64,000 bases of DNA from the human T2T-CHM13v2.0 reference genome, Homo sapiens, in NCBI RefSeq assembly GCF_009914755.1, contig NC_060929.1; one strand, 5' to 3'. Positions within the stretch are counted from its first letter, which is position 1. The number at the start of each line of letters is the position of its first letter. The notes beneath the pieces are model-generated. The model saw nothing but the letters and a program-made list of their open reading frames with translations. It was not told the origin of the DNA and did not search any database. Below are positions 42,898-55,920 of this stretch, in pieces. Both the position numbers and the translations under genes were made by a program.

Positions 42898-44156
42898 ATT
42901 TAATAAAGGGAGGAGAGGATCTTAACAAACATCCAACTGCCTTTATTTTATATGTTCAGACATAGGCCCAGAGAGGTAAGAAACCGTCCTAGGCCACACA
43001 GCCTGTGAGTCACAGAGACATGATTAATGAAATTCTCTTCCCACTCTGCCACACTGCCTGGATTTGAAACCTCAAAAATTTCAAAAGACCATGCGTGCTC
43101 AGCATAGTCCCCAGGGCACAGGAAGCATTCAACGAGCATAAGCTGTAATAACTCTTAGTAGCAAGGCATGTTCACCTGTCCAGTCTCTGCTCCCACCTGT
43201 GAAGCAGGGCTGAAGGACTAGAAGCACCTACTTCCCAGCCTGCTTCTTCACCTCCTCCTCTCCCCTGAGTCCAGGCGCCAGCTCCAGATTGAGGCTGGGC
43301 ACAGAGGCAGCATTTCTGAGCCCTTGGCAAACTTCTGCACTGCCTCACTGCTCCCCATGCTGGGGCAAATGGCACTGCACCGGCTCTGAGAACTGAACTC
43401 TAGCCCAGTGGCTCTGCTCAGCGTTCCACTCTGGCTCTCCTGCCTCCAGAGATATGCATCAGATTTCTGCTTTCCCCAAGACAGGGGAACAGGGCTGTTC
43501 CCACCCCAACAACTCCAGTGCTGTCTTGGTGCCACTCAGACTCATGGTCTTTCACAGCCCTCAGAGACTATGCATGCCCCCATTCTACAGTCAGGGAAGC
43601 TGAGGTCCTAATCTCAGCAGCTACAGGAGAACCAGGGCTGACCAGACTATCTGACTCTCCCTTAGCCGCCAGGTAGCTTTGTCTGTGATAAGGTTCCTAT
43701 GCCCACCTGGACACACACAAGAAGCCAGCAACTCTCAATTCCTGGCCCTGGCACTTCCCCCTAAAAACTGCAGAGGAAATCTCCTCCATGTCCTCTTAAA
43801 GGCTCATCTCCAGAAAGCCCAAGTGGGGGATTTGATTCTTGCAGGACAAGAATCCAACTTTCCACGTGTGCAAATGTGACCTTCCTCTTCCACAAGATCA
43901 CAGTCTCAGCCTTGCCCATTGCTGGGCCCCGATCCCCAGCCGCGGACTGGCTACCTCACTGGCTTCTTTCAGTGTACCTAGATGATCCAGGCCCAGATGT
44001 CCCTGTCTTCCCTCTCTGTGCCTGTTCCAGCCATCTCCTGCTTCCTTCTCTACCTTCCAGGAGCCCCCAACTCCAACCTGCTTTGGAACCAGACTCAAGA
44101 ATGGATTAACTTTGCTGCCCCCCTCCCGCATCTTCCCATCCTCCAGCAATTCTTAC

Positions 44157-44323
44157 CTGTGCCCTTCAGGTAGGGGAGGGTGCCCCAGAGCAGGCTGCTG
44201 GGCTGGCGCCCCTCTCACGAGGGCCAGGCTGACAGGCTCCTGAGGGAGGTGCAGAGACTCGGAGCAGAAAGACGCGCAGCCCGCAGCCGGAGAGGCTGCT
44301 GAGAAAGTTGGAGTAGGTGTGTC
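44157..44323 (-). other. FAT2: Candidate FAT2 non-coding exon 1 (5' end approximate)
   Basis: GC-rich, locally CpG-retaining, repeat-free, ATG-free stretch ending in a consensus donor ACAG|GTAAGA at 44157/44156. The coding exon has an acceptor and so needs an upstream exon. The roughly 22-kb intron fits my recollection of the gene model. Confidence 0.75.
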
Positions 44324-44480
44324 CCAGCCCAGGAGGAGGAGGAGGAGGAAAAAGGAGGTGGGAGAATTGAGGCGGATCATCCCCTCCTGCCAGCTCTCTG
44401 TCTCACGGAGAGGGAGGGAGGAAGCCAACTGGTTTGTGGCCCAGAACTCACGGTGGGGAATCAAGTCATGGAAAATGAAA
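44324..44480 (-). promoter_or_regulatory. Candidate TATA-less FAT2 proximal promoter
   Basis: (TCC)n pyrimidine tract just upstream of the candidate exon 1 and a GRHL-type motif AAACCAGTT at 44427-44435. Confidence 0.5.
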
Positions 44481-46710
44481 GGAGCTGAGAAATCAGGCCC
44501 ATCTCCACCTCCCTTCTTGGTTTCACCGAGGGATAAACTGGGGCCCTGGACAGGTAGTGTTGCCCCAGGTCACACAGTCACACAGAGACCACAAGGGAAC
44601 TAGAAAAGGTCACTTGGCTGTCAGAACAGTGTTCTCTCCACTCCTCCATGCTTCAGATCTGAGACTGACAACCACAGCACCCCTTTCCCCAGGGCTTTGG
44701 AGACGGACAGATTTGGTTCGAAACCCTGGCACTGCCACCTACTAGTTCAGTAAGCTTGGGTGAGTTACTTAGTCTGAGCCTCAGTTTCCTTTTTTGAAAA
44801 GATGGGGATAATAATAGCTCCTACCTCATAAGGTTGTTATGAGAATTAAATGAGATAAAGGTTGCTAAGAAACCAGTCAGGACTTAGCTGAGAAAGTCCC
44901 CCATAAAAGGTAATTCTTATTCTTATTGTTTTCAGCTGTGACTTCCCCACACCTGACTTACCCTCTCTAAGTTTGGGCTCCCCCATCTATTAAATGGAGG
45001 TAACAAGAATACCTGCTTCATAAGGTTGTACAGATTCATGAGACCGATTATGTGTGCATCACAAAGCACGGTGAGTGATGGCTCACTGGGGTGCAGGACG
45101 CCTTGGCTTCGATGCGTTTTATGAGGTGCCTCTCTGTTCTGGCTCCCCATATAATTCCATTACGCACCCTGTGTTGAGAACCAGTGTTTTAAGGGAAAGG
45201 GAGAAGAGTTAGACAAGGATTAGCACTCCTCTCCCCTGCTGCCACGTTTTTAGTTATAGAACACATTTGTTTGCTCGTTTTGTATGTTCATGCACAGGTG
45301 AGGCCCATGTCTACCTTTTCCCAGACACCGTACTAGGCCCTGGGGACACAGAGGTAAATGAAATCGCTCCTGCCCCACAAAACTGAAAGCAACTCTGCAA
45401 CCATTCTGTCCAATCCCCTCCCTCCCCCCAGGTCTTGAAGCCCCTCTGCAACATTCCTGGCAAATAAGTGAGTCTTTGCTTGCATACCTCTAATTACAAG
45501 AAGCTTATCACCTCTCCCAGCAATCAGTTTGAGCTCTTAGCAATTCTAGCTGATGTTCAGCTGAGCAGCAACTCTTCCACCTGGTTAATAAATAAGAATT
45601 ATTCATACCGTTGTTAATGCTTTTATTATTATTAGCTATGTATCCCAAGGCAAATGACTTAAATTTGTTAAGTCTCTGTCTCCGCATTTGTTAAATGGGG
45701 TCACAACTGTGCTGGGACCACTCAGAACAGATCCGTTTCCCCTGCCGTGTGACAAAACTGAGGCCTGGTTCTATGGCTAGGACTTAGGTGTCTAGAAGTT
45801 TAGCCTGGACCCTATGAATTAGTGAAACCATGAAGGTTCTGGTCTTGTTGCTTATACAGGAGCAATGAGGCTTTTTGCTGTTTCCTGGCTCTCAGTGAGA
45901 TGTTTATGCAGCTGCTGCAGCCACTGTGAGTTGTGCCTTCAGGGACCTGTCACCAGCATCCAGGATGACCACAGGCATCAAGCAGGCTGCTATGGTGTGT
46001 TGCTCAAGATGTCCAGAGGGATTCCCCACCAGTAGGATTCTCTGAGGCTTCCCTCCTACAAGCTGCCTCCGCCCCGGATGAGAGGCCCAGGGAGTTGCAG
46101 CGTGAGGGGACCTACTGTGATCGACTCCCAGGGAGCCTGTGATCAAGGCTAACCTGAGCAATTATCCACTTGGCTGATTGCCACTCAAGCCTCCAAGTTT
46201 GGTCCGATTAGGCATTAACCAGAGGAAGGGTGGCGGGGCAGCCCCACGGGCCCTTTGATTAGTCACGTGCAGAGTAGCAGGCGACTGTCTTCCCTCGGGG
46301 GCCAAGGCTGGGCTCCAGCCTGTCCAGCGCAGGGACTGTCTGCAGCCTATTGCAGGAGGGGGAGATGGGTATCAGGATGGATTTCAGAGCCTCTTAAGGC
46401 TGCTGGCATCCATCCCCTTCTCCCCGGCTCCCTTACCACTCTCCTGACCCACTCCTGGTCCTTCTCCCTGCTGGCCCCAGGACCTTTCTGGTGGGTCTTC
46501 AAGCCTCCAGTCTCCCATGCACCAGGGAAATTGACTCCTAGTGCCCTCCAAGCATGCTCAGAAACTTCTCATTCCCTGATATCTAAAATTCTCTCTCTTC
46601 CTGCTGAAATTGTACCTCTCTGTGTTGGTATAGCTCATATTCCACTCCCCTTTGTGAGCACATCCTGACCAAGCCTTTGACCTGACCAAGAAGTAATAAT
46701 AATAATAATA

Positions 46711-47017
<307 letters not shown>

Positions 47018-47728
47018 TCATCTTTATGTCAGCACTCTGCATGAATTATCTAATTTCTCTGAATACCACCACAATGGATTAGGTGCTATTATCATTCTCT
47101 GTGTTTCAGATGAAGAAACTGAAGCTCAGAAAAGCTTTAATTACTTGGCCAAGGTCACTGGTCTAGACTCAGCTAAGATCCAAGCCCCGGTCTGTCTGAA
47201 GCCCTTAACCCAGCATTTTGTGCACTGCCTGGGTCTCCCCTCTCCTCACAACCCCTGTGTGACCCTGGCCTGGCGTGTGCCTCTCTTCACTTTAGCTCCC
47301 TCCCTACTCTATTGGAAGTTCCTCAGGGATGGGTCTATATCTAACTCAGTGGTTCTCAATCAAGGCTGCACATTGGCATCACCTGGGAAGCCCAGGCCCC
47401 AGACCCAAACCAATTACATCAGACTTCCTGTGGGTAGGACCCAGGCATCAGTATTCATAACTGATTCTGAAGCCCTTTCCTGGACCTCAGCGTCCCTCTT
47501 TCAATAACGGAGGTGTTGAACTCTGATCTTTAACATCCACCTCTAACATTCTAGAGTTCTAAAGTTTTTACAGGGGTGCCGCCGTAGGCTTCTAAAGAAA
47601 GAACTAGAAGAGTCATGTCCATTTCCCCTATTTGCCTGGGGAAAGCTGTCTTCTTCCCTATGAACTGGGTGAGCTCTTTCTCCCTCCCTCCTGGACTTTT
47701 CTTTCTAGAGCAATACAGCCACACTCAC

Positions 47729-47810
47729 CTAATGAGCAACGATGTAAATGAGGGGACGGAGCAGAGGACCCTCTGACCAGGCAGCAGATTTCAGGGTGCC
47801 CATAAAGTCT
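47729..47810 (-). other. FAT2: Possible alternative non-coding first exon (5' end uncertain)
   Basis: Near-perfect donor TAG|GTGAGT at 47729/47728 in unique sequence about 3.4 kb upstream of exon 1. Confidence 0.35.
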
Positions 47811-47946
47811 GGAAGCATAGACAGCATTATTTTAATTTTTGAGATTGAACCCCCTTGACTCCTTCTGGGGCAGGCTAAAGGCTCAGATTTGTTCAGTGAA
47901 AACCAAACACAAATCATCAGAGGAGGCATGTCATGGATGCGTGTAC

Positions 47947-48058
47947 AGGGTTGGCTGACCAACTGTCCCAGTTGGCCTGGGACTTGAGGGGTTTCCCAGG
48001 ATGCAGAACTTTCAATAACTGTGACAGTCCCAAGAAAACCAGAATGGCTGGTCACCCT
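47947..48058. mobile_element. MER94/MER81-type hAT-Blackjack MITE
   Basis: gacc...tgtcccagttggcctgggact...gacagtccc...ggtcacccta. Confidence 0.6.
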
Positions 48059-49158
48059 AGTTGAGGGAACTGCTGCATGACTGCACTGCATGCGTCGCAT
48101 ACACAGGGTAGGTGCCAAGTGAGTGTCGTCCACCTTAGAAGACCAGTCTCAAGAGAGGATTCAGCCCACTGGGGACAGTTGGCTGATGGACTGGTTACAT
48201 TGTGACACGTTCAGTGACTATGAAGTGCAAACTGTTCTTCCAGGTTGAGGCCCCTTTACACTGCATTCTCCTTGGGGAAGGTCACAGAGCAGGATGAGAA
48301 TGGAACCGGGAGACAGGAACAAAGCAGAGACCCTGAAGCCTGGTCTGTGGGCAGAAAAGCCTCTAGAGGCCCGACTATCAAAGGGACATGATGCCTTTAA
48401 GGAGGATGAAGTCATCGGGGGATGAGGCCACCTGGCTCTGCAGCCAGGGCTGCTGCCGAAAAGGAGGAGCAGAAGGTGGAAGGTAGGTGGGCCGTGGGGG
48501 CCAGGCTTGGGATGGCAGCTCTGTGGCTGACAGACGGAACTCAGCAGGAGTGGGAACGGCCAGCCCTGGCATTGCCTGGGGTGCCCGGGAATGTAATCAA
48601 ACACTCAGCAGACCTGCTGGCCATAGGCATCTGGGCACCACCGGGCTCTCCAGCTCATCCTGACCCCCAGCCGGCAGTTCTGACAGGCTCCTACCAGTAG
48701 AAGCGTCCGGCCTTGTTGGCCAGGTCTGTGGGCATGAGCTCATCTGCTGCCAGCCCAGTCCTCAGTCGGCCTGGCCCAGGCTGCTGCTGGTGGGTGGGGC
48801 TCCAGGGTGAGTGCACTGGAGCTGGGCTGGCTGGTTCAATGGCCTTGGTTAGGTCTCCCCAGTGGGACGCCACTCTGAAGACTTGAAATAGAACCTCTGA
48901 TGTTATCCCCACCCTTACCTGCCCTGAGATTTGCAGCTCTGATGTGGCCATGGCCCAGGGAACCAGTACCCCTTCCTTGTCCCTTTCTTCATAACCACGA
49001 ACTGTATTTCCAGCATCATCTCCCATTTTTCCCCATTGCATAGTAATAATAACAACAACAATATTTGCAGTAATAATGACAATATTTGTTCTAATTTATT
49101 ATGTACTAGGCTGAGCATCATCTCATTTAATCCTGAAATTGATCTTCCCTATGAGGCC

Positions 49159-49205
49159 TTAAGTTGGTGCAAAAGTAATTGAGGTTTTTGCCATTGAAAA
49201 TAATA
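49159..49205. mobile_element. MADE1 (Hsmar1 MITE) fragment
   Basis: ttaagttggtgcaaaagtaattgaggtttttgccatt matches the mariner TIR. Confidence 0.75.
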
Positions 49206-52200
49206 ATACTATTATTATCATTCTCATTTTGCAGAGGATGGAACTCAGAGTCCGAGAGATTTAAGTGACTTGTCTAAGGTTATCGTACCTTTAAATGGTA
49301 GAGCTAGGATTTGAACTAAGTCTATCTGGCTTCAAGATATATGTTCTTAGCTACCACTGTTAGGCTATAGTCCAACCAAATCACAGGATTTGGACTCATG
49401 GACATGCCACTTGCACTTGTAGAGAGACCCACACTTGATTCTACTCTGCTGTCTCTGTCTTGCAAATCCCAATCACTTTTGAATAAGGTTCCCCACATTT
49501 TCATTCTGCATTGAGCCCTGCAAATTATGTAGCTAGTTCTGCAAATCAGCTAGCCTGTGGGTCGCCAGCTACAGCCTATCACCCTCTAATGCCTATGCTG
49601 TCTCTCTGCCTAGACTGTCATTCCACTCACACCTACCAGGTTCATCATAAGACCGTCTGCTCAGGACCATCTCTATGAACTACTAGAGGTTTCCTGCCAT
49701 CGTGGAGCACAGATTGCTCTGTTCAGGCCTCACAGTGAAATCAGGACAAGATATTCCTGCGTAGTCCTCATTCCCTTGCTGCGCTTGTCAGGGAAGTGGA
49801 GCACAGGATAAAGTTTGAACTTGAAGTTGGGCAGATCTGGATTCAAACCCAGCTCTGCAGCTGTGTGGCCTTGGATAAGTAATTAAAACTCTCTGAGGAG
49901 TTTCCTCATCTGCCAAATAGAGATGATAACAGTTCTTGTCTTGCATAGGTTATCATGAGGATTACATAAGGTGATGAATTGGTGGTAATACACTAAGCAC
50001 TGTGCCTAGGGCCAAGTGGAAGCTTCCTGGATCCATTTGGTGTCTAATTTATCTGTAGATTTCCCATAGCTGTTTGCACATGCTGATGAAATGTGATGGG
50101 GCAGAGGATTTATAGATGCAAAATTGCTTTGGAGGTGCCAAAATACCACCTGTGTAGAGGAGTAGGACATGATTTTATGTGAAGAAACTGAGGCCTAGCA
50201 AGACTTGCCAGCCTGTTCAGAGCCCTACAGCCCTCCCTTGCCCACTCAGGGGCTTGGCTTCCACAGGTCACCTCAAGGCCAGTAGAGCAGGGGCCCTCAT
50301 GGGCGGGAGCCTGCTCTCTGCTGCCTGAATTCCTGAGGCAGCTCTGACAGCTGTACTGGCCCTGTCTCCCTGGGCAGCCACATTCCAGACATTCTGCCCA
50401 GGCTAGGAAGAGGCTGGCCCTGAGGGGAGAGACCCTGCGGAGCCCCAACCTAGACAGAGATAGCAAGAAGAGAGGCAGGGGTCTCCTGGGGAGTGGGGAT
50501 TACTGGGCCACTCCAAACTCTCCTCACAGGCCAGGCCTCAGTCCCACCCAAGGCCCACAGTGCAGGGAGGATTGCTCAGGGAAAAGAGACTCAGTAGCCC
50601 CGTGGTTCTCTAACTTCAGAGTTTGTAGGAATCATCCATGGAGGTGGGAGACATGGAGTTGTTGAAAAATGCACATTCCAGGCCCCACGCGCATTATGAA
50701 GGGGCCCAGGATTCTGAGTTTTATTACTTTTTTAATTGACAAAAAGTATATATTTATGGTGTACAACAAGTTATTTTGAAATATGTTGTATTTTTAATTG
50801 AGCCTCCAAGAGGAGGCCGAACCAGGTTTGGGAGACTGATTCAATCCACTGTATGGATGAGGAAGCTGAGGTTAAGAGAGGGAAGGAGATTGCCCCAGGT
50901 CACCCAGCAACAAGGCTGTCAGGGTAGAGGCTGTGTGGTTCTCTCTGAGCCACTGCCCCTGCTGGAAACAGGAAGGAGCCTCGGGAGGAGGTCTGGGAAC
51001 AGAGCAGCTCAAAGAAAAGTTGAGAAGATGAGCAGTGTTTGCCTTCCCCTTCTTCCCCCTTCTTGCCCCATCATTATCCCTGTTCCCCCAGCCAGAAACT
51101 GCTAACTGGACTAACTCAGCAGTGCACGGAGCCCTAGACCCCTCACACTCTGGTTGTGGACATCCATCACCCACCTCTCCTAGTGAGCTTCCTTTCTTGT
51201 CATTGTATGCAAGAGAACACACCATCTTGGAGTAAAATATCCTAGGATCAAACTCCATCTTATTCACTACTACGCTATGTGGTCTTGGGCAAATTCCTTA
51301 GCTTCTCTGACCCTCAAATTGCTCTTTTTTATGATAAGAGGTTGGACTAGACCAGCTTTTCTTAAAGTGGTCATCTCCACAGAAGCACTCCAAAGAAGCA
51401 CCCAGAAACTTTTCTATGATGCAGATTCTTGGACCTCCAACCAGACAAAATAGGTGAAAATTTTTGAAGAAATCTGAACTTTAAAAAAATTTATTTACAC
51501 AAATAATACATGATAACTTTTCCTAATAAAAATAATGAAACATTACATTTAAGGCTAAAGCCCTCTCTGCCATCACTACCAATACCCTTTCTAAAGACAG
51601 CCAATATAATCATTTTGGTATGTAATCTTTCTAAATATTTACATTCATATATAAGTATACCAGGGGGAAATATACAGAAATGGGTTGGTTGTGGCAAGGG
51701 GGTTGCTGAATAACATCTTATGTGTCATTTTGCAACTTTTTATTTTACTCAACAGTGTGTCTTAAGGTCTCTATCATGGAGTACACAGAGATCTACCCAT
51801 GCTTTGAGCTTCCCAGGTTATTCTGGGGCTCATTCAAGTTTAAGAACTGCTGTGCTTGATAAACTGACATCTTTGGAGTCTCTGCTTTTAACATACGGAG
51901 GGCAAAATCAGCAAGCTATTTCCCAAGAGTGAGGGAAAGCCTGGCCTGATTGGAGTATCCTCGGCACTTGGACATGGACTTCATGGCTCAGATATCCCCT
52001 GTCAAGGGTGTGATTCCCCAAGATCCAGCTGGGGCACCTCCACTTACCTTCTTTTAGCACTCTCAGGGCCACTCCTTCCATCCCTTGACAGCCCCTGCTC
52101 ACCCTGATGTGATCCATGCAGGTGAGAGCTGACTCAGGCTCTCTCTGCCACCCAGAAACTGGCTTCCTGTGGCTCTTGATGGGGCCTGACTGGTTTGACT

Positions 52201-53021
52201 TGGTGAGGCAGCTGTGATTTCCCAATACCTCCTCTCTGGGGATCTTCAGGCACACACCATCTGGCTCTGTGAGGACTTAGGAACTATCTGGGTGCAGAGA
52301 GGTGGTATTCTCCTCGCTGTCATCAGGCTGTCCTTTTCTGGGTTTCCCACCCTCCTCTGTAAAATGTTGTTTTCACTAATCTCTATGCCTAGCAAGAGCA
52401 TCTAGCAAACATATGTATGCAAGATTTGTTGAAAGAATAAAAGTTGTAAAGTTCCTTCCAACTCCTAAGGACTGTGAATTTAAGCCCTCTATTGTGAGCA
52501 AAATGCTTGCCATTGTGTGTAGCCCTAGACTGGGAACTGAAGAAGGAATGAAACTCTTGAAAAGATACTGTCCTTGTCCTTGAGTTGCGAACAGTCTAGT
52601 TGGGGGTCCAGTCATCCACCCAGTGAATATTTCCCTGGAGTCTGACATAGGGCAGGAATGGAGCCAGATCATGGCAGTCAAGGAAGGACAAAGGGTCCAC
52701 TCACAATCAATCAAAGAAGAACGTGGCCCAGGAGAGAGCAGAGACCATAGTCACATAGACTAAGGGTCCTGCAAAAAGGCCAGAGGAGAAAGCATTCAGT
52801 GGGGGCTGGAGTAGTCAGGAAAGATGAGCTAGATGGAGCGTGGGGCCAGGAGGTACAAGTAGAGAGAGTGCATGGCACATGGCAGGCTCTGGGTAAACGT
52901 TTGCCAAATTGAATAGGCAGATTTTTATAGAGACCAAGTCATAATAAATGAATACACAGAAATAGATGAATGTATTAAATAGATGACAGATATAAGCAGA
53001 TGTGCGGATTCGTGGGCACAA

Positions 53022-53035
53022 GGATGGATGGACGG

Positions 53036-53071
<36 letters not shown>

Positions 53072-53081
53072 ATGGATGGAT
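53022..53081 (+). repeat. (GGAT)n tetranucleotide repeat with GGAC interruptions
   Basis: About 15 units seen directly. Confidence 0.97.
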
Positions 53082-53710
53082 GATGAACAAATTGATGGGC
53101 AAGCAAAGAGACAGATAATCTTGGTCCAGGTTTATCCAGTTTTGGGCCAGATATCCAAGTCTGAATTTGGCCCTTCTGCTTACTGACTCTTACTGGCCAT
53201 GTGATAATATGGATTTTGTGCTGAAAAAGAGATAACCAGTCCAGCCTGCCACCCCAGGAAATTATGAGAATTGCCTGAAATAGCAGATGGTAGGGAGTTC
53301 TGCACAAAGCTGTATGCCATTGTCAGAGGACAGTGGTTATAAACACATTTAAAACAACATCTCAGTCCTAGATACACATCAACAGGACAATGCAAGGAAT
53401 TCAGAGCTGGTAATATGAAGTGTGACTTTTAGAGGAATAGGATGTAGGAGCTGGAATTTATATTACACAACAGTAGGTCCTACTCCACCAAATAACAGTT
53501 GAGAAAGCTGAGGGCCTAATATTTTGGGGCTGCTTGAAGTCAGCATCTGGCTTACTCACTTTATCTTGCCATTTAAATCACGCCGTTCCTCCCTGATACC
53601 ACACCTTCTGCTGTGATGCTCAACGCTGGCTTCCTTCTTTAGAATCACTTTGATAAACCAGCTTCAGGGTTCAGATCTAGAGCCCATCTATATCGGAATC
53701 ACTTGGATGC

Positions 53711-54109
53711 TGCTATCATTTAAATGTTTGTGTCCTCTCTGAAATTCTTGTTGAAACTTAATCCTCCATGCAACTGTACTAAGAGATGGGGCCTTTAGGA
53801 GTTGATTAGGCCAAGAAGATTCCACCCTCATGAATGGGATTAGTGCCCTTGTGAAAGGGCTGTAGGGAAATAGCTAGGCCCTTTTGCCCTTCCATCTTTT
53901 CTGCTATGTGAGGACACAGCATTCATCCTCTCCGGAGGATGCAACAACAAGCTGTCATCTCAGAAGCAGAGACCTTGCCAGACCCTGAACTTGCCTGGCA
54001 CCTTCATCTTAGACTTCCCAGTCTCCAGAACTGTGAGAAATAATTTCTGTTCTTTATAAATTACCCAGTCTCAGGTATTTTGTCATAGGAGCAGGAACAG
54101 ACTAAGACA
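53711..54109 (+). mobile_element. MaLR solo LTR (MLT1A/MST type)
   Basis: TG...CA termini (tgctatcattt...gactaagaca), perfect 5-bp TSD gatgc, typical 3' end ccagaactgtgagaaataatttctgttctttataaattacccagtctcaggtattt. Confidence 0.85.
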
Positions 54110-55920
54110 GATGCCTACTGACAAAGGCAAATTCTGGGGTTCTACCTCAGTCCTCTAAATCAGAGTACTTTGATGTGCCCAGATTGAGGCTATCTGGCTT
54201 GGTGCTTTGCACACAGTGATTGTTCCATAAACATCTGTTTGTTTTGCAGCTGATGTTGCTTGCCCACATTTACTGGTTGGCATCTGGCAAGGTTGAGATT
54301 TGAACCCAGCTCTCCATCTCACTATTGCAAGGCCCCTGTCAGTGCCTCTTGCCCAGGGGCAAGAAAATAACTTCAATGACCTCTCCATAGCCCTTGGCCC
54401 TAAGATTTCAGACTCCTCAGCAGCTCCCAGACACAAGCCACTCAAATTGCCTGAGGATTTTGAGCTAAGCCCTCCAGCTTTCACCAGGCTTCTGTGGGGA
54501 TCCTCGCAGAACCTGGGGATAAGGGAGGCCTAATGGAGATAAGTGGTTCTTGTTCCTCCTCTCATCTGGCTGCTGCCCAGATGGAGGCCACTTAATGCCT
54601 ATGCTGAAGTCCCAGGCACGAAGGTGTGGGCTGTGTCGGTGAAGTCGAGCTGCTAATTACCCACAGAAATCCCCCGGTAGCTCAGAGCAGTTGTTCTCAT
54701 CCCTTGGTGCTCATTGGAACCATCTGTGGAGCTTTAGAAATTACTGATACCTGGGCCCACCCCCAGAGATTCTGAATTAATTGGGATAAGATACAAGCCT
54801 GGGCATCAGATTGTTAAAACTCCCCAGTTGATGCCATTGTGGAGCTGAGGATCCCTGCCTGGGAGCTTGCTGTGTTTTCCAGCTAAAGTCCCAAGCATAG
54901 AATCCCCATTTCCCAGATGGAAACAATGCTCCCAGCCCCCAGGAGCCCAAGCCCACTCCATACATATGTAAAGCCATAAGCCATACAGCCAACAAGTCCA
55001 CTCTTGAGGATATACCCAAGGGAAGAGTGCTTAGAAACATGACAACATGCTCCAAAGCACATACTCTGTTAGGTTCTCTAAAAGCCACCAAAACCGACCC
55101 CACCCAACTTAAGCAAAAGGGAGATTTAATGAAGAGCCATGGGTGACATGGAGAATAAGAGATAGCACAGGGCTCACAGTTAGGAAAGAACCAGGAACAA
55201 TACATGTGCAGTCTGCTCAGGCGATCACCCATCACCACCAGAAAGATGCACTGGAGTTGGTCCTCTCAAGATCCATATTTGTGAAAGAGGGGTTAGGCTG
55301 GCTAAGCCTGGGTCCCTTGCAGGGCTGTGAGGAGAGTGAGGCTGACCAGGCATTTGCTGACCCTGAAAATGAGTGCCCTTTTATATTTTGCTCCATAGGT
55401 GCTTTGGGCACCATACTTGCCCCACCATAGTGCTGGTCCTGATCCAACTTAGAAGGTACCTGAAGTGACAGCCCACTGAGACTGCATCAGGTGGCAGCTG
55501 GTGCCTCCCCAAAGGATGACTGGCGACTGTTAGCAGAAGGAGCAGAATGGATGCCAGACAGGTGAAATACAGGTGCCCACACCCTGAGGCTTTAGTGTAG
55601 AGTAGCTAATAACATGACTCTGGAGTTGGATGAATCTGGATTAAATCCAGGGTCTCTTCTCAATAGTTACTTGATTTGGACAAATCAGCTTCCTTCTCTG
55701 AACCTCAGTGTGTTTATCTACAAAACAGTACTAACAACAGTAGCATATGTTGATCTCTGTCTTCTGGATCTTCATTCCTTACCCTTGTCCTTACATCAGT
55801 GTGCCCCAAACTTCCCACTAAGGGCACTTAATTGCAAAAGAGAGTGGGCTTGGTTTTCTGGGGGCTGGGAATGGAGCCTAAAACCACAGACAGCAGTCAC
55901 AGCATTTCCTTTGACATGCA

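Noticed and set aside
44153-44464. 103-aa ORF over candidate exon 1 as a FAT2 N-terminal extension
   Set aside because: It ends in phase 2 at the donor, out of frame with FAT2. The true frame has a TGA 20 codons before the donor and no ATG after it.
44728-44745. CTCF-like motif (CTAGTAGGTGGCAGTG, minus strand)
   Set aside because: Lies in MIR-derived sequence and mismatches a core position; not supportable without ChIP data.
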